This document shows, piece after piece, positions 16,853 to 26,200 of a stretch of DNA of 32,000 nt. The notes beneath the pieces are model-generated. The model was not told the origin of the DNA, made no database searches, and saw nothing but the letters and a program-made list of their open reading frames with translations. Source of the stretch: Pseudoalteromonas translucida KMM 520 (lineage in GTDB: Bacteria > Pseudomonadota > Gammaproteobacteria > Enterobacterales > Alteromonadaceae); assembly GCF_001465295.1 (NCBI RefSeq), contig NZ_CP011034.1, positions 1,020,001-1,052,000 of the forward strand, in the 5' to 3' direction. Each line of letters opens with the position of its first letter. The first letter of the stretch is position 1. The position numbers and the translations under genes are program-made.

Positions 16853-18723
16853 GACTTTTCTACTCCTGTGGGGCGACGTTGATATTGTCTTTTTTGGGCT
16901 TCTAATTGCATTTTATTCCGTAATAAAATAGCGGGATCGTCGGGCACTTTTCGCAGCAGCTGGTTAAGCTGCTGTGCTTGTTCTTTTTCTTCGTTAGTCA
17001 GCTCACTGGCTTGTACTGCTTGCGCTTGTTGCTCGGCAGTTTGCTGTTGCTCGTCGGGCGCAGCTTCGTTTACAGCCTGTGGCTCACTTTGTTGCTCGGC
17101 GTTATCGTTTGGCTGTTCGGCCGGTTGATTTTCACTTTGCTCGTTTTGCGACTCAGCTTGCATGTCAGGTTTATTTTGCTGATCAGATTGCTCTTGTGCT
17201 TGCTCAGAGTCTTTATCCGACTTATCGTCACTGTTTTTTTCACTGTCGCTTTGCGCTTCGCCTTGTTCATCATTTTGTTGCTGATCTTGCTTGGCTTCAT
17301 CAGAATTTTGCTGTTGGTTTTGCTCATCACTTTTTTGCCCGTCTTGTGATTCGCCGCCGTCTTGGTTTTGTTGCTCTTGCTGCTGATTCAGTAATTGCTC
17401 AACCAGTGCTTGGTTATCTGCGGCTTGTGTAAAGTTAGGGCGTAATGCTTGAGCTTGTTGGTAAGCATTAATTGCTTCCTCTAGCTTGCCTGCTTTAGCA
17501 AGTGCGTTACCAAAGTTATAAAAACCGGTTGCCGATTTATCATCACTAAATTGATTAACCGCGGCCTCAAAGTTCCCTTGCTGATAAAGCGCAGCGCCTT
17601 TTAATTGGCTCGATTGGGCTGTTATTGCTTGCTCATAATCTTTATTGTTATAAGCATCAAGTGCCCGCTGGTCGGTATTCTTTAAAACAGTGGGCAGCTC
17701 TACGGCATAGGCATTTTGTTGTGGTAAAAAGCTAAACACTAAAAACACACTCAGCAAAGCCGCGCGTCTAAATAAATAAAGGCTTAAAGGTAGCAGCAGT
17801 AACAAGCCGTAAATACCGGCGTCTATACGCCAAAGCGCATGGTTTTGTTTTTCATCTTTTAATAATTCGCCATTAGCGCTAGGTGCAAAAACAGCAATGT
17901 CGGCGCTACTTGGCTGATAACTGGCAAATTTACCGCCGCTGTTTGTAGCTAAGTTTTTTAGTTGGCTGGTATTAATAGTCGGCACTACAATTTGCCCGTA
18001 GTGGTCTTTTAAAAATCCGCCTTCGGGTAATTTAATTGGCGCACCTTGGGCAGTGCCTACACCGTAAATATTTAATCGGTATTGGGTGTTTTTAGCAAAG
18101 GTGCTCACCTCACTTTGCTCTTGCTGATCAATGCCGTCGGTTATTAAAATAATATCGCCGTCTAGGTAACCGGCTTGCCCTAATAACTCTTTTGCTATAT
18201 CAAGACCCGCTAAAACATTAGAGCCTTTGTCGGGCATTATTTCTGGGCTTAAGCTAGGTATTAGGTTTTCAAGTGTGGTGGCGTCGTTGGTTAGCGGTGA
18301 AATGGTATAAGCACTGCCAGCATAGGCAACGAGCGCTGTGTCGCCTTCTTTAAATAAATCAATCATATCGAGGGCTTTAAAACGCGCCTGCATTAATCTA
18401 TTTGGTAAAATATCTGTGCTGTACATAGAGTACGACATGTCCATAACAATAACGCGAGCGTTTTTGCTTTGAAACACAGGTACTTGTTTTTCTTCAAAGC
18501 TGGGGCCGGCACTAAATATAATCCCTAAGCTACAAAATAGCGCTAGTAAACAAAGTGGCTGGTTAGTTTTAGTGCTTGCGTCGCTGATAATAAACTGTGC
18601 TAAATGCGGTGCAATTAGCTGCTCATTGCTGGCTTTTTTGCGCTTAATTAAGGCAACAAAAAATAATCCAACTGCGGGTATGAGTAACCATAAAATAGCA
18701 GGGCGAATAAATTCAAAATCCAT
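16846..18723 (-). CDS. VWA-domain plus TPR protein (BatB/BatC-like fusion) with a long acidic Gln/Glu/Asp/Ser-rich tail
   Basis: The translation has an N-terminal TM pair, a VWA domain with a MIDAS motif (VIVMDMSYSM), a third TM and TPR repeats (ALYQQGNFEAA..., NFGNALAKAGKLEEAINAYQQAL). About 150 aa of Q/E/D/S low complexity follow, then a basic C-terminus. Confidence 0.8.
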   Translation of the reverse strand: MDFEFIRPAILWLLIPAVGLFFVALIKRKKASNEQLIAPHLAQFIISDASTKTNQPLCLLALFCSLGIIFSAGPSFEEKQVPVFQSKNARVIVMDMSYSMYSTDILPNRLMQARFKALDMIDLFKEGDTALVAYAGSAYTISPLTNDATTLENLIPSLSPEIMPDKGSNVLAGLDIAKELLGQAGYLDGDIILITDGIDQQEQSEVSTFAKNTQYRLNIYGVGTAQGAPIKLPEGGFLKDHYGQIVVPTINTSQLKNLATNSGGKFASYQPSSADIAVFAPSANGELLKDEKQNHALWRIDAGIYGLLLLLPLSLYLFRRAALLSVFLVFSFLPQQNAYAVELPTVLKNTDQRALDAYNNKDYEQAITAQSSQLKGAALYQQGNFEAAVNQFSDDKSATGFYNFGNALAKAGKLEEAINAYQQAQALRPNFTQAADNQALVEQLLNQQQEQQNQDGGESQDGQKSDEQNQQQNSDEAKQDQQQNDEQGEAQSDSEKNSDDKSDKDSEQAQEQSDQQNKPDMQAESQNEQSENQPAEQPNDNAEQQSEPQAVNEAAPDEQQQTAEQQAQAVQASELTNEEKEQAQQLNQLLRKVPDDPAILLRNKMQLEAQKRQYQRRPTGVEKSW

Positions 18724-19709
18724 TAGTTAGGCTCCTTTATTGCGCGCAGGGTTGTTAACATTACTTTTAAGCTAATTAGCAAAATAGCGATTAATAACGG
18801 CAAGTAAAATAATGAGCTTTGCGGGCGAAAGGTTTGCTCATCTACACTAATGGGCTCTAATTTGTCTAGTTCGGCATAAATTTGCTGTAAACCGGCTACA
18901 TCTTTAGCTCTAAAGTACAAACCGCCAGTTTGCTCAGCTATGCGTTTTAATAACCCCTCATCTATTGTGTCGCCGCTCATACCGCCCATATTAAATAAAC
19001 TAAACCCACGAGGATTATCTGAGCCAACGCCAATGGTATACACTTTTATACCGGCATCGCGGGCAAGCAGTAGGGCTTCTTCGGGCTTTAAATTACCCGC
19101 AGTGTTTTGCCCGTCGGTTAGCAGTACCACAATACGATTGCTTTTATCTTTGTTTGCAAAACGTTTTACCGACAACCCTAAAGCATCGCCAATGGCGGTG
19201 GCGCGGCCAACTAAACCAATTTGGGCCTCAGAAAGCATTTTACTCACGGTTTTTACATCACGCGTAAGGGGGGTTTGTAAAAAGGCGGTGTCGCCAAATA
19301 AAATAAGGCCGAGCCTGTCGCCTTGGCGCTGCTCTATAAAATCAGTTAATACCGCTTTAACCATAGTTAAGCGGTCAACATATTGGCCATTGTAAGCCAT
19401 GTCTTGCTCGGTCATAGAGCCAGATAAATCAACCGCCAGCATTATATCGCGGCCTTCGTTTGGCATTGAAATAGGATCATCTAACCAAGTGGGGTTTGCC
19501 GCGGCTATTACCAGTAAAAGCCATATAACCCACTCGAACGAAGTTAAGCGCCGTGCGTGAGCTTCAATGCTTTGGCTGGTTAAGTTGTGTTTGGCAAAGC
19601 TTGGGATCCGCAGTCGAGTGTGCGCGTTGTTTACAGCCGGTTTTAGTAATAATAGTAAGAAAGGCAGGGGGAGTAATATAAACAGCCATGGCCAGCTAAA
19701 TTCAAACAT
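18723..19709 (-). CDS. VWA-domain membrane protein (BatA-like)
   Basis: 328 aa with N-terminal TM helices, a VWA domain with MIDAS (MLAVDLSGSM ... LLTDGQNT) and a C-terminal TM. Its stop overlaps the next gene's start (TAATG at 18723). Confidence 0.85.
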   Translation of the reverse strand: MFEFSWPWLFILLPLPFLLLLLKPAVNNAHTRLRIPSFAKHNLTSQSIEAHARRLTSFEWVIWLLLVIAAANPTWLDDPISMPNEGRDIMLAVDLSGSMTEQDMAYNGQYVDRLTMVKAVLTDFIEQRQGDRLGLILFGDTAFLQTPLTRDVKTVSKMLSEAQIGLVGRATAIGDALGLSVKRFANKDKSNRIVVLLTDGQNTAGNLKPEEALLLARDAGIKVYTIGVGSDNPRGFSLFNMGGMSGDTIDEGLLKRIAEQTGGLYFRAKDVAGLQQIYAELDKLEPISVDEQTFRPQSSLFYLPLLIAILLISLKVMLTTLRAIKEPN

Positions 19710-20136
19710 TAACCGCTTCCTTTAACTTAAATTGCTTAATTGCTTGGCGAAACTTACTTTCTAGCGCGCTATTTTTTTGCTCAAGATTATAAACACTGAT
19801 AATTTCTTGTTCGTTAAAATTTAATCCGGTTAGTGTGTTAAGCGTATTACACCACTGCTTGGTAGATTGCGTAGCAAGGCGTTTATCGTAATAGGCAATG
19901 ACTAAGCGTTTTAAAATAATATGTAATTGCTGAGGATCAGTGTGCTGTTGGCTTAAATTAACCGCGAAGCGTTTTGGTTGTTTAAATTTATAATGTTTAT
20001 AAGCCATATAAATTGCGGCGCTTAGCAGCAATAACAAAACGGCAATAATAACCCACCAAGCAGGGGCAAGTGGCCACCAATTTACTTGGCTTGGCGCTAT
20101 TATGTCGTGTAGGCCATCAAGTGGAGACGTTTGCAT
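19702..20136 (-). CDS. DUF4381-like small membrane protein
   Basis: 144 aa with the characteristic N-terminus (VNWWPLAPAWWVIIAVLLLLL) and one TM. It occupies the position between the DUF58 and VWA genes that is typical of MoxR/Bat operons, and it overlaps the next gene by 8 nt. Confidence 0.65.
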   Translation of the reverse strand: MQTSPLDGLHDIIAPSQVNWWPLAPAWWVIIAVLLLLLSAAIYMAYKHYKFKQPKRFAVNLSQQHTDPQQLHIILKRLVIAYYDKRLATQSTKQWCNTLNTLTGLNFNEQEIISVYNLEQKNSALESKFRQAIKQFKLKEAVNV

Positions 20137-20138
20137 GG

Positions 20139-21083
20139 TTATTTTCTCACTAATTGCAGCTCAAGCGGTGTGGCTGCATTGAATGATATTAAATTAAGAC
20201 CCGATTTAGTTAAGCGATTAAAGCGTGTGCTAAATGCCTGTTCTGCATTTTTAGCAAAGCGCGCTCTAAAGCTGCTATCCATAAGTGGTAGGGCAAAGTC
20301 TTGGCCATTGGCGCTTACTGTAACGGCTTGTTTAAATGCCGGTAACTGATGCTCAAATGGATCGCTTATGTGGCAACCAATTAGCTCGCAGTGGCGGCTC
20401 AGTATTTCGAGCTGTTTAAAGCTGGCGTCGTCTAGGGCATTAAAGTCAGAAATTAAATACACTAAACTACCGGGTTTAGCCAAATGGTTAAGGCGCTTTA
20501 AATTATCGCTAAAGTTGTTAGTAGCTTGCTCGTCAATTGCGTTTAGGGCTTGCTGGTGGCTATCGCATAAATTATGACACAGCTTTAATACCGCTTTTTC
20601 ACGGGCGCTGGGCTTGAGCTCTAAATGAGAGTGCTGATTAAATACAATACCACCAATACGGTCACCACGTTGGCAGGCCGACCAAGCAACTAATGCGCTA
20701 ATGTGCGCGGCTTGCACCGATTTTAATAACAACTGCGATCCAAATAGCATCGAGTTTGAAAAATCAGTAAAAATAAACACCGGGCGCTCTTTCTCTTCTT
20801 GAAAAAGCTTAGTGTGTGTTTCGCCAGTGCGCGCAGTTACACGCCAATCAATAGAGCGAATATCGTCGCCTTGTTGATAGTGGCGTACTTCGGCAAACTC
20901 CATACCACGGCCTTTATGCGGCGCAAGGTATTGCCCGGTTAAGGTGTTTTTAATTTTTACTTTAGGAGCCAGTTCCAGCAATTGCGCTTTGACTTTGTAA
21001 TACATCAGCTCTTTAAGCGCTAAATTAACACCGTGGCTATGGCTTTGTGCAAGCCATGCTTGGGGATCTAATGGTGTTTGCAT
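20139..21083 (-). CDS. DUF58-domain protein (MoxR-associated, VWA-like fold)
   Basis: The DUF58 signature is present: GRGMEFAEVRHYQQGDDIRSIDWRVTARTGETHTKLFQEEKE. The gene follows the MoxR gene after a 3-nt gap. Confidence 0.85.
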   Translation of the reverse strand: MQTPLDPQAWLAQSHSHGVNLALKELMYYKVKAQLLELAPKVKIKNTLTGQYLAPHKGRGMEFAEVRHYQQGDDIRSIDWRVTARTGETHTKLFQEEKERPVFIFTDFSNSMLFGSQLLLKSVQAAHISALVAWSACQRGDRIGGIVFNQHSHLELKPSAREKAVLKLCHNLCDSHQQALNAIDEQATNNFSDNLKRLNHLAKPGSLVYLISDFNALDDASFKQLEILSRHCELIGCHISDPFEHQLPAFKQAVTVSANGQDFALPLMDSSFRARFAKNAEQAFSTRFNRLTKSGLNLISFNAATPLELQLVRK

Positions 21084-21086
21084 AAG

Positions 21087-22043
21087 TTACGGTACGGCTA
21101 CAAGTTCAACAATACGGCTAATTACCTGATCTTTAGTAATGCCATCGGCTTGGGCTTCGTAACTTAAAATAATACGATGGCGCAATACATTATGTACTAC
21201 TGCCTGAATATCGTCGGGCGCTACAAAATCGCGGCCTTGCAACCAAGCATGCGCACGGGCACATTTATCAAGGGCAATAGTGGCACGTGGACTAGCACCG
21301 AACTCAATCCAGCTACCTAGTTGTGCGTCTAATTTAGCGCCTTCACGAGTAGCTATAATAAGCTGCACTAAATACTGCTCAAGTGGTGGTGCTAAATATA
21401 GGCCTAAAATAGCTTTACGACCGGCAAATAAATCGCTTTGACTAATTTTTTGCATTACTGCTGGTTGCTCGTTTAATGCTTCGCCTCGGGTTAAACGCAG
21501 TATGTCTAATTCGTGCTCTGCACCAGGGTAACCTATACTCAAATGCAGTAAAAAGCGGTCAAGCTGCGCTTCAGGAAGCGGGTAAGTGCCTTCTTGCTCT
21601 AGCGGGTTTTGCGTGGCCATTACTAAAAATAGGTCACTTAGCGGATAAGTGTTTTTACCTACCGTTACTTGGCGCTCTGCCATGGCTTCTAATAAAGCTG
21701 ATTGTACTTTAGCAGGGGCACGGTTTATTTCATCAGCTAAAATAAGGTTATGAAATAGCGGGCCTTTTTCAAATACAAACTCACTGGTTTGCTGACGATA
21801 AATATCAGTACCGGTAATATCGGCAGGGAGCAAGTCGGGCGTAAATTGCACCCGCTGAAACGAGCCTTCAATGCCTTTAGCTAAGGCGTTTACAGCGCGC
21901 GTTTTTGCAAGGCCAGGAGGGCCTTCTACTAATAAGTGGCCGTCAGCTAAAATGGTAATAAGTAGCGCTTGAGTAAGCTCTGGCTGGCCAATAATTTGTG
22001 TATCTAAGTACGTTTTTAATTGTGAAAATGCGTTAGCTGCCAT
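21087..22043 (-). CDS. MoxR-family AAA+ ATPase
   Basis: Walker A (GPPGLAKT), Walker B (LILADEINRA), MATQNP and the C-terminal lid region (SPRATIAL...) are present. The translation is 318 aa. Confidence 0.92.
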   Translation of the reverse strand: MAANAFSQLKTYLDTQIIGQPELTQALLITILADGHLLVEGPPGLAKTRAVNALAKGIEGSFQRVQFTPDLLPADITGTDIYRQQTSEFVFEKGPLFHNLILADEINRAPAKVQSALLEAMAERQVTVGKNTYPLSDLFLVMATQNPLEQEGTYPLPEAQLDRFLLHLSIGYPGAEHELDILRLTRGEALNEQPAVMQKISQSDLFAGRKAILGLYLAPPLEQYLVQLIIATREGAKLDAQLGSWIEFGASPRATIALDKCARAHAWLQGRDFVAPDDIQAVVHNVLRHRIILSYEAQADGITKDQVISRIVELVAVP

Positions 22044-22339
22044 AATAAATAGACTGTCCTCGTCAGCTGGAATAATACCAAAGTTATTTGGGTACGAAAT
22101 ACTGACCTAGTTATAAGGTTTAAAATTGGATAACTCAAGAGTTAGACTGTATTTTTAAAAATAGTTCGTTATTTATTAACGACTTTTAGCCTATCACAAA
22201 ACTTTGTAAATGCGTCTAAAAAAGCCTATTGTAGTACTTATATAGTGGGTTTTAGAGAATTTTATTTGCCTACTAATCGATAAATTTCAGTTTATCTATT
22301 GGCTTTAGTACACGGGTTGTTTAGAATCGAGTAAAACAA

Positions 22340-22354
22340 ACAGGTCAGACCTGT
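22340..22354. promoter_or_regulatory. FadR-type operator upstream of fadI (perfect palindrome ACAGGTC-A-GACCTGT)
   Basis: The palindrome ends 17 nt before the fadI ATG. Its core GGTCAGACC matches the GGTCnGACC core of enterobacterial and Vibrio FadR boxes. Confidence 0.6.
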
Positions 22355-22371
22355 CAGCGGGAGCATAATTA

Positions 22372-23682
22372 ATGTCTGAGCAAAACATACTTAAAACATC
22401 AAAGGGCGATCGTATAGCCATAGTTAGCGGCCTACGTACACCTTTTGCCAAGCAAGCAACAGCGTTCCACCATGTACCTGCACTTGATATGGGTAAACTT
22501 GTGGTTAACGAAATGCTTGAGCGATTAAATTTCAACAAGTCAGAAATTGATCAACTTGTATTTGGTCAAGTAGTACAAATGCCAGAAGCACCAAATATAG
22601 CACGCGAAATTGTATTAGGTACTGGCATGCCAGTATCGGTTGATGCCTATTCAGTATCACGCGCCTGTGCGACTAGTTTTCAGGCTATTGCCAACGTTGC
22701 TGAGTCGATTATGGCGGGCTCTGTTACTGTAGGTATTGCGGGCGGCGCAGATTCGTCTTCAGTATTGCCAATCGGTGTTAGTAAAAAGCTAGCAGGCAGC
22801 TTAGTTGACTTAAATAAAGCGCGTACGCTTGGTCAGCGCTTAAAAATATTTTCAAAACTGCGTTTAAAAGACTTATTGCCAGTGCCTCCTGCGGTTGCAG
22901 AGTACTCAACAGGCCTTTCAATGGGGCAAACTGCTGAGCAAATGGCTAAAACACATAACATTAGCCGTGAAGATCAAGATGCATTAGCGCATCGCTCGCA
23001 TTCATTAGCAACCCAAGCATGGGCTGATGGCAAATTAAAAGATGAAGTAATGACGGCGCACTTACCGCCATATAAAAGCTTTATTGATGAAGATAACAAC
23101 ATTCGTAAAAACTCAACGGTTGAAGGCTACGCTAAGCTTAAGCCAGTATTTGACCGCCAACACGGTACAGTAACTGCAGCAAACGCCACTCCATTAACCG
23201 ACGGTGCAGCCGCGGTATTAATGATGAGCGAAAGCAAAGCAAAAGCACTGGGTTACGAAATTCTTGGTTATGTACGCAGTTTTGCGTTTTCAGCCATTGG
23301 TGTTGAAAAAGATATGCTTATGGGTCCAGCTCATGCCACGCCTATCGCGCTAGATAGAGCGGGTATTACCCTTGCCGACCTAGACTTAATAGAAATGCAC
23401 GAAGCGTTTGCATCGCAAACACTCGCTAACATGAAAATGTTTGCCTCAGATAAGTTTGCGCAAGAGCACTTAGGTCGCAGCAAAGCGATTGGCGAAATTA
23501 ACATGGATAAGTTTAACGTATTAGGTGGATCGCTTGCTTATGGACATCCATTTGCAGCAACCGGTGCTCGCTTAATTACGCAAAGCTTATACGAGCTTAA
23601 GCGTCGTGGTGGCGGTTTAGCATTAACAACAGCCTGTGCTGCAGGTGGTTTAGGTGCAGCTTTTGTATTGGAGAGTGCGTAA
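22372..23682 (+). CDS. fadI: 3-ketoacyl-CoA thiolase (anaerobic fatty-acid oxidation complex beta subunit)
   Basis: The 436-aa thiolase has an active-site Cys region ([13 protein letters not shown]) and a C-terminal [10 protein letters not shown]. It is coupled to fadJ through TAATG. Confidence 0.92.
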   Translation: MSEQNILKTSKGDRIAIVSGLRTPFAKQATAFHHVPALDMGKLVVNEMLERLNFNKSEIDQLVFGQVVQMPEAPNIAREIVLGTGMPVSVDAYSVSRACATSFQAIANVAESIMAGSVTVGIAGGADSSSVLPIGVSKKLAGSLVDLNKARTLGQRLKIFSKLRLKDLLPVPPAVAEYSTGLSMGQTAEQMAKTHNISREDQDALAHRSHSLATQAWADGKLKDEVMTAHLPPYKSFIDEDNNIRKNSTVEGYAKLKPVFDRQHGTVTAANATPLTDGAAAVLMMSESKAKALGYEILGYVRSFAFSAIGVEKDMLMGPAHATPIALDRAGITLADLDLIEMHEAFASQTLANMKMFASDKFAQEHLGRSKAIGEINMDKFNVLGGSLAYGHPFAATGARLITQSLYELKRRGGGLALTTACAAGGLGAAFVLESA

Positions 23683-25871
23683 TGTCAGATTCAGTATTTA
23701 ATTTAACGGTTGATGAAAATAAAATCGCCGTAGTAACTATAGATGTGCAGGGCGAAAAAATGAATACCCTGCGCAGTAGTTTTGCCGATGATTTAAAAGC
23801 CTTACTAGCCGAAGCTAAGCAGCAGTCTGTAAAAGGCATGGTATTTATTAGTGGTAAAAGTGATAACTTTATTGCTGGCGCTGACGTTAAAATGCTTGAT
23901 AGTGTGCAAAAGCGTGAAGATGCTTTAGCTATTAGCGAGTTATGTCATCATGCATTTTTTGACATGGAAAACCTGCCTTTTACTACGGTTAGTGCTATTC
24001 ATGGTGCAGCTTTAGGTGGCGGATTAGAGTTTGCATTAGCCTGTGATTACCGCGTAGGCACCGACAGTGGCATTACTATAATTGGTTTGCCAGAAGTGCA
24101 ATTAGGTTTATTACCTGGTGGCGGCGGTACTCAGCGTTTAACTAAAATAATTGGTATTCAAAAAGGCTTAGAATGGATGCTAACCGGTAAGCAAATTCGT
24201 GCACAGCAAGCTAAAAAAGCCGGTGTATTAGATGATTGCGTACCACATAGCGTGCTATTAAAAGTAGCGAAAGAATTTGCTGCTAAAGGCAAAGCACCAA
24301 CTAAAGAGCCAAAACTCGACACCGTGAGCAAGCTGCTAGAGTCAAACCCGTTTGGTCGTAACTTTATCTTTAAAAAAGCAAAAGAAAACGTCATTAAACA
24401 AACGGGCGGACATTACCCTGCGCCACTTTTAATTATTAAAGCAGTACGTGCAAGCGTAGAGCTCGATAAGCTAAAAGCGTATAAAACCGAAGCTGAAAGC
24501 TTTGCAACGCTGGTAATGAGCGACGAATCAAAAGCGCTGCGCAGTGTGTTTTTTGCAACCACAGAAATGAAGAAAGACTGGCGCAACGGTGACGCACCAG
24601 CAATTAACAAAACCGCAGTGTTAGGTGGCGGACTAATGGGCGCAGGTATTGCGCACGTAAGTGCCGTTAAAGCTAAAGTACCGGTACGTATTAAAGATGT
24701 AGCAGAGCAGGGCATTAGTAATGCAATGAGCTACACCTATAAAATTTTAGATAAGCGCTTAAAGCGCCGTATTATGTCTAAAGCCGATATGCAGCTAACA
24801 ATGAGCCGTATTACAGGCGCTACCGATTACAGCGGTTTTAAAAATATAGATTTAGTAATTGAAGCGGTATTTGAAGATCTTGAGCTTAAACAAGGCATGG
24901 TTGCTGATATAGAGCGTGAATGCCAAGAAAATACTATTTTTGCGAGTAATACCTCGTCATTACCTATTTCGCAAATTGCAGCTCAAGCTCAGCGCCCTGA
25001 AAACGTGATTGGTTTACATTACTTTTCACCAGTAGAAAAAATGCCACTGGTAGAAATTATTCCACACGCCGGCACCTCAAAAGAGACCATTACTCGTGTG
25101 GTAAACTTTGCGCGCAAGCAAGGTAAAACACCTATTGTAGTAAAAGATACCGCTGGCTTTTATGTAAACCGTATTTTAGCGCCTTACTTAAACGAAGCAG
25201 CTAACTTAATGCTAGCAGGCGAGCCAATTGAAAAAATTGATGCAGCTTTAGTTGAGTTTGGTTTTCCGGTAGGCCCACTGGCATTACTTGATGAAGTAGG
25301 TATTGATATTGGTTCTAAAATTGCGCCAATTTTAGAAAAAGAGCTAGGCGAGCGTTTTAAAGCACCCGATGCATTTACTCGTATGATAGAGTCAAAACGC
25401 CTTGGTCGTAAAACTGGTCATGGCTTTTATGAGTACGATAAAAAAGGCAAAAAGGTTGACGAGTCAATTTACGAACTACTTAACGTTACCCCAGCTCCGC
25501 GTTTAAATAAAAGCGAAATTGCCAAACGTTGTATTGCACAAATGCTTAATGAAGCGGTTCGTTGTTTAGACGAAGGCATTATTGCCAGCCCGCGTGATGG
25601 TGATATTGGTGCTATTTTTGGTATTGGTTTTCCACCGTTCTTCGGCGGACCATTTAGCTATATGGATAAACTAGGCGCAAGTAAAATAAGCTCAGATATG
25701 TCTACATTAGGCAGTAGCAATGCAATTTTTACTCCTTGCGACACCCTTGTAGCAATGGCAGAGTCAGGCGCTAAGTTTTATGCCGCTCAGCCAAGCACAG
25801 AGCCAACAGGTGAGTCAGAGCCTGCAGAGCAAGCCACTGACGATGCTGCAGCGCCAAGTGCTAAAGAATAA
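23682..25871 (+). CDS. fadJ: Fatty-acid oxidation complex alpha subunit (enoyl-CoA hydratase / 3-hydroxyacyl-CoA dehydrogenase / epimerase)
   Basis: The 729-aa translation has an N-terminal crotonase fold (GADVKML, GAALGGGLEFALACDYR), an NAD-binding GGGLMGAGIA motif and C-terminal 3HCDH domains. Confidence 0.92.
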   Translation: MSDSVFNLTVDENKIAVVTIDVQGEKMNTLRSSFADDLKALLAEAKQQSVKGMVFISGKSDNFIAGADVKMLDSVQKREDALAISELCHHAFFDMENLPFTTVSAIHGAALGGGLEFALACDYRVGTDSGITIIGLPEVQLGLLPGGGGTQRLTKIIGIQKGLEWMLTGKQIRAQQAKKAGVLDDCVPHSVLLKVAKEFAAKGKAPTKEPKLDTVSKLLESNPFGRNFIFKKAKENVIKQTGGHYPAPLLIIKAVRASVELDKLKAYKTEAESFATLVMSDESKALRSVFFATTEMKKDWRNGDAPAINKTAVLGGGLMGAGIAHVSAVKAKVPVRIKDVAEQGISNAMSYTYKILDKRLKRRIMSKADMQLTMSRITGATDYSGFKNIDLVIEAVFEDLELKQGMVADIERECQENTIFASNTSSLPISQIAAQAQRPENVIGLHYFSPVEKMPLVEIIPHAGTSKETITRVVNFARKQGKTPIVVKDTAGFYVNRILAPYLNEAANLMLAGEPIEKIDAALVEFGFPVGPLALLDEVGIDIGSKIAPILEKELGERFKAPDAFTRMIESKRLGRKTGHGFYEYDKKGKKVDESIYELLNVTPAPRLNKSEIAKRCIAQMLNEAVRCLDEGIIASPRDGDIGAIFGIGFPPFFGGPFSYMDKLGASKISSDMSTLGSSNAIFTPCDTLVAMAESGAKFYAAQPSTEPTGESEPAEQATDDAAAPSAKE

Positions 25872-25891
25872 GCAAATTAGCACTTACTAAT

Positions 25892-25921
25892 AAAAACCGC
25901 ATTTTATATGCGGTTTTTTTA
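25892..25921 (+). terminator. fadIJ terminator
   Basis: aaaaaccgcat-tttat-atgcggttttttta, a 6-bp core stem extended by A/T pairing, followed by a T7 run. Confidence 0.8.
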
Positions 25922-26153
25922 TGGCTAAATTATTTAAGCGAAAGCATAGTTAAGAAGTTTACTAACCTCTCAAATTATTAAACTCACCAAGTAATAAACC
26001 ATAGCTTTAGAGGGTATTGTCTATTGCTTAGAGGTGGTTTTTATAAGTTGTTGATATTGCTTTATAAGCACAGATTTTTTGAAAGTCGTTTTAGCATGTA
26101 GGTATATAACAGGGCGTTTGTGTTTAGCTTTAGGGGGGCTAAATGCTAGTAAT

Positions 26154-26183
26154 AAATACGCTTGAAGTGTTTCAAGCGTATTT
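26154..26183 (-). terminator. Hairpin downstream of yjbR
   Basis: A 13-bp perfect stem pairs aaatacgcttgaa (26154-26166) with ttcaagcgtattt (26171-26183) around the loop gtgt. Both flanks are A/T-rich. Confidence 0.6.
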
Positions 26184-26200
26184 AAAATAAAATGGGATAT

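Noticed and set aside
16978-17432. Three overlapping ORFs (16978-17349 +, 17079-17432 +, 17070-17330 -) lie in the BatB tail region.
   Set aside because: They are artefacts of the strongly biased Q/E/D/S-coding repeat composition. Their translations are monotonous Leu/Phe/Arg or Lys/Ser/Thr strings, and all lie inside the operon-coupled VWA-TPR gene.
23597-24715. Minus-strand ORFs 23597-23839, 24158-24394 and 24413-24715 lie antisense to fadI/fadJ. The same class includes 4691-4918, 5993-6271, 7046-7399, 7418-7612, 13083-13304, 13478-13687, 14393-14608, 14933-15148, 16497-16931, 18940-19395, 20131-20349, 20368-20577, 21476-21712, 22305-22538, 26683-27009, 27112-27360, 28625-28834, 28853-29113, 29118-29315 and 31623-31925.
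   Set aside because: All are embedded antisense or out of frame in strongly supported genes, and none has a recognisable motif or start context.
25922-26153. The ~230-bp ORF-free region between the fadJ terminator and the yjbR terminator could be an sRNA locus.
   Set aside because: I found only weak short hairpins (for example tttagc...gctaaa at about 26125-26145), with no U-tract and no convincing promoter. Support from sequence alone is insufficient.
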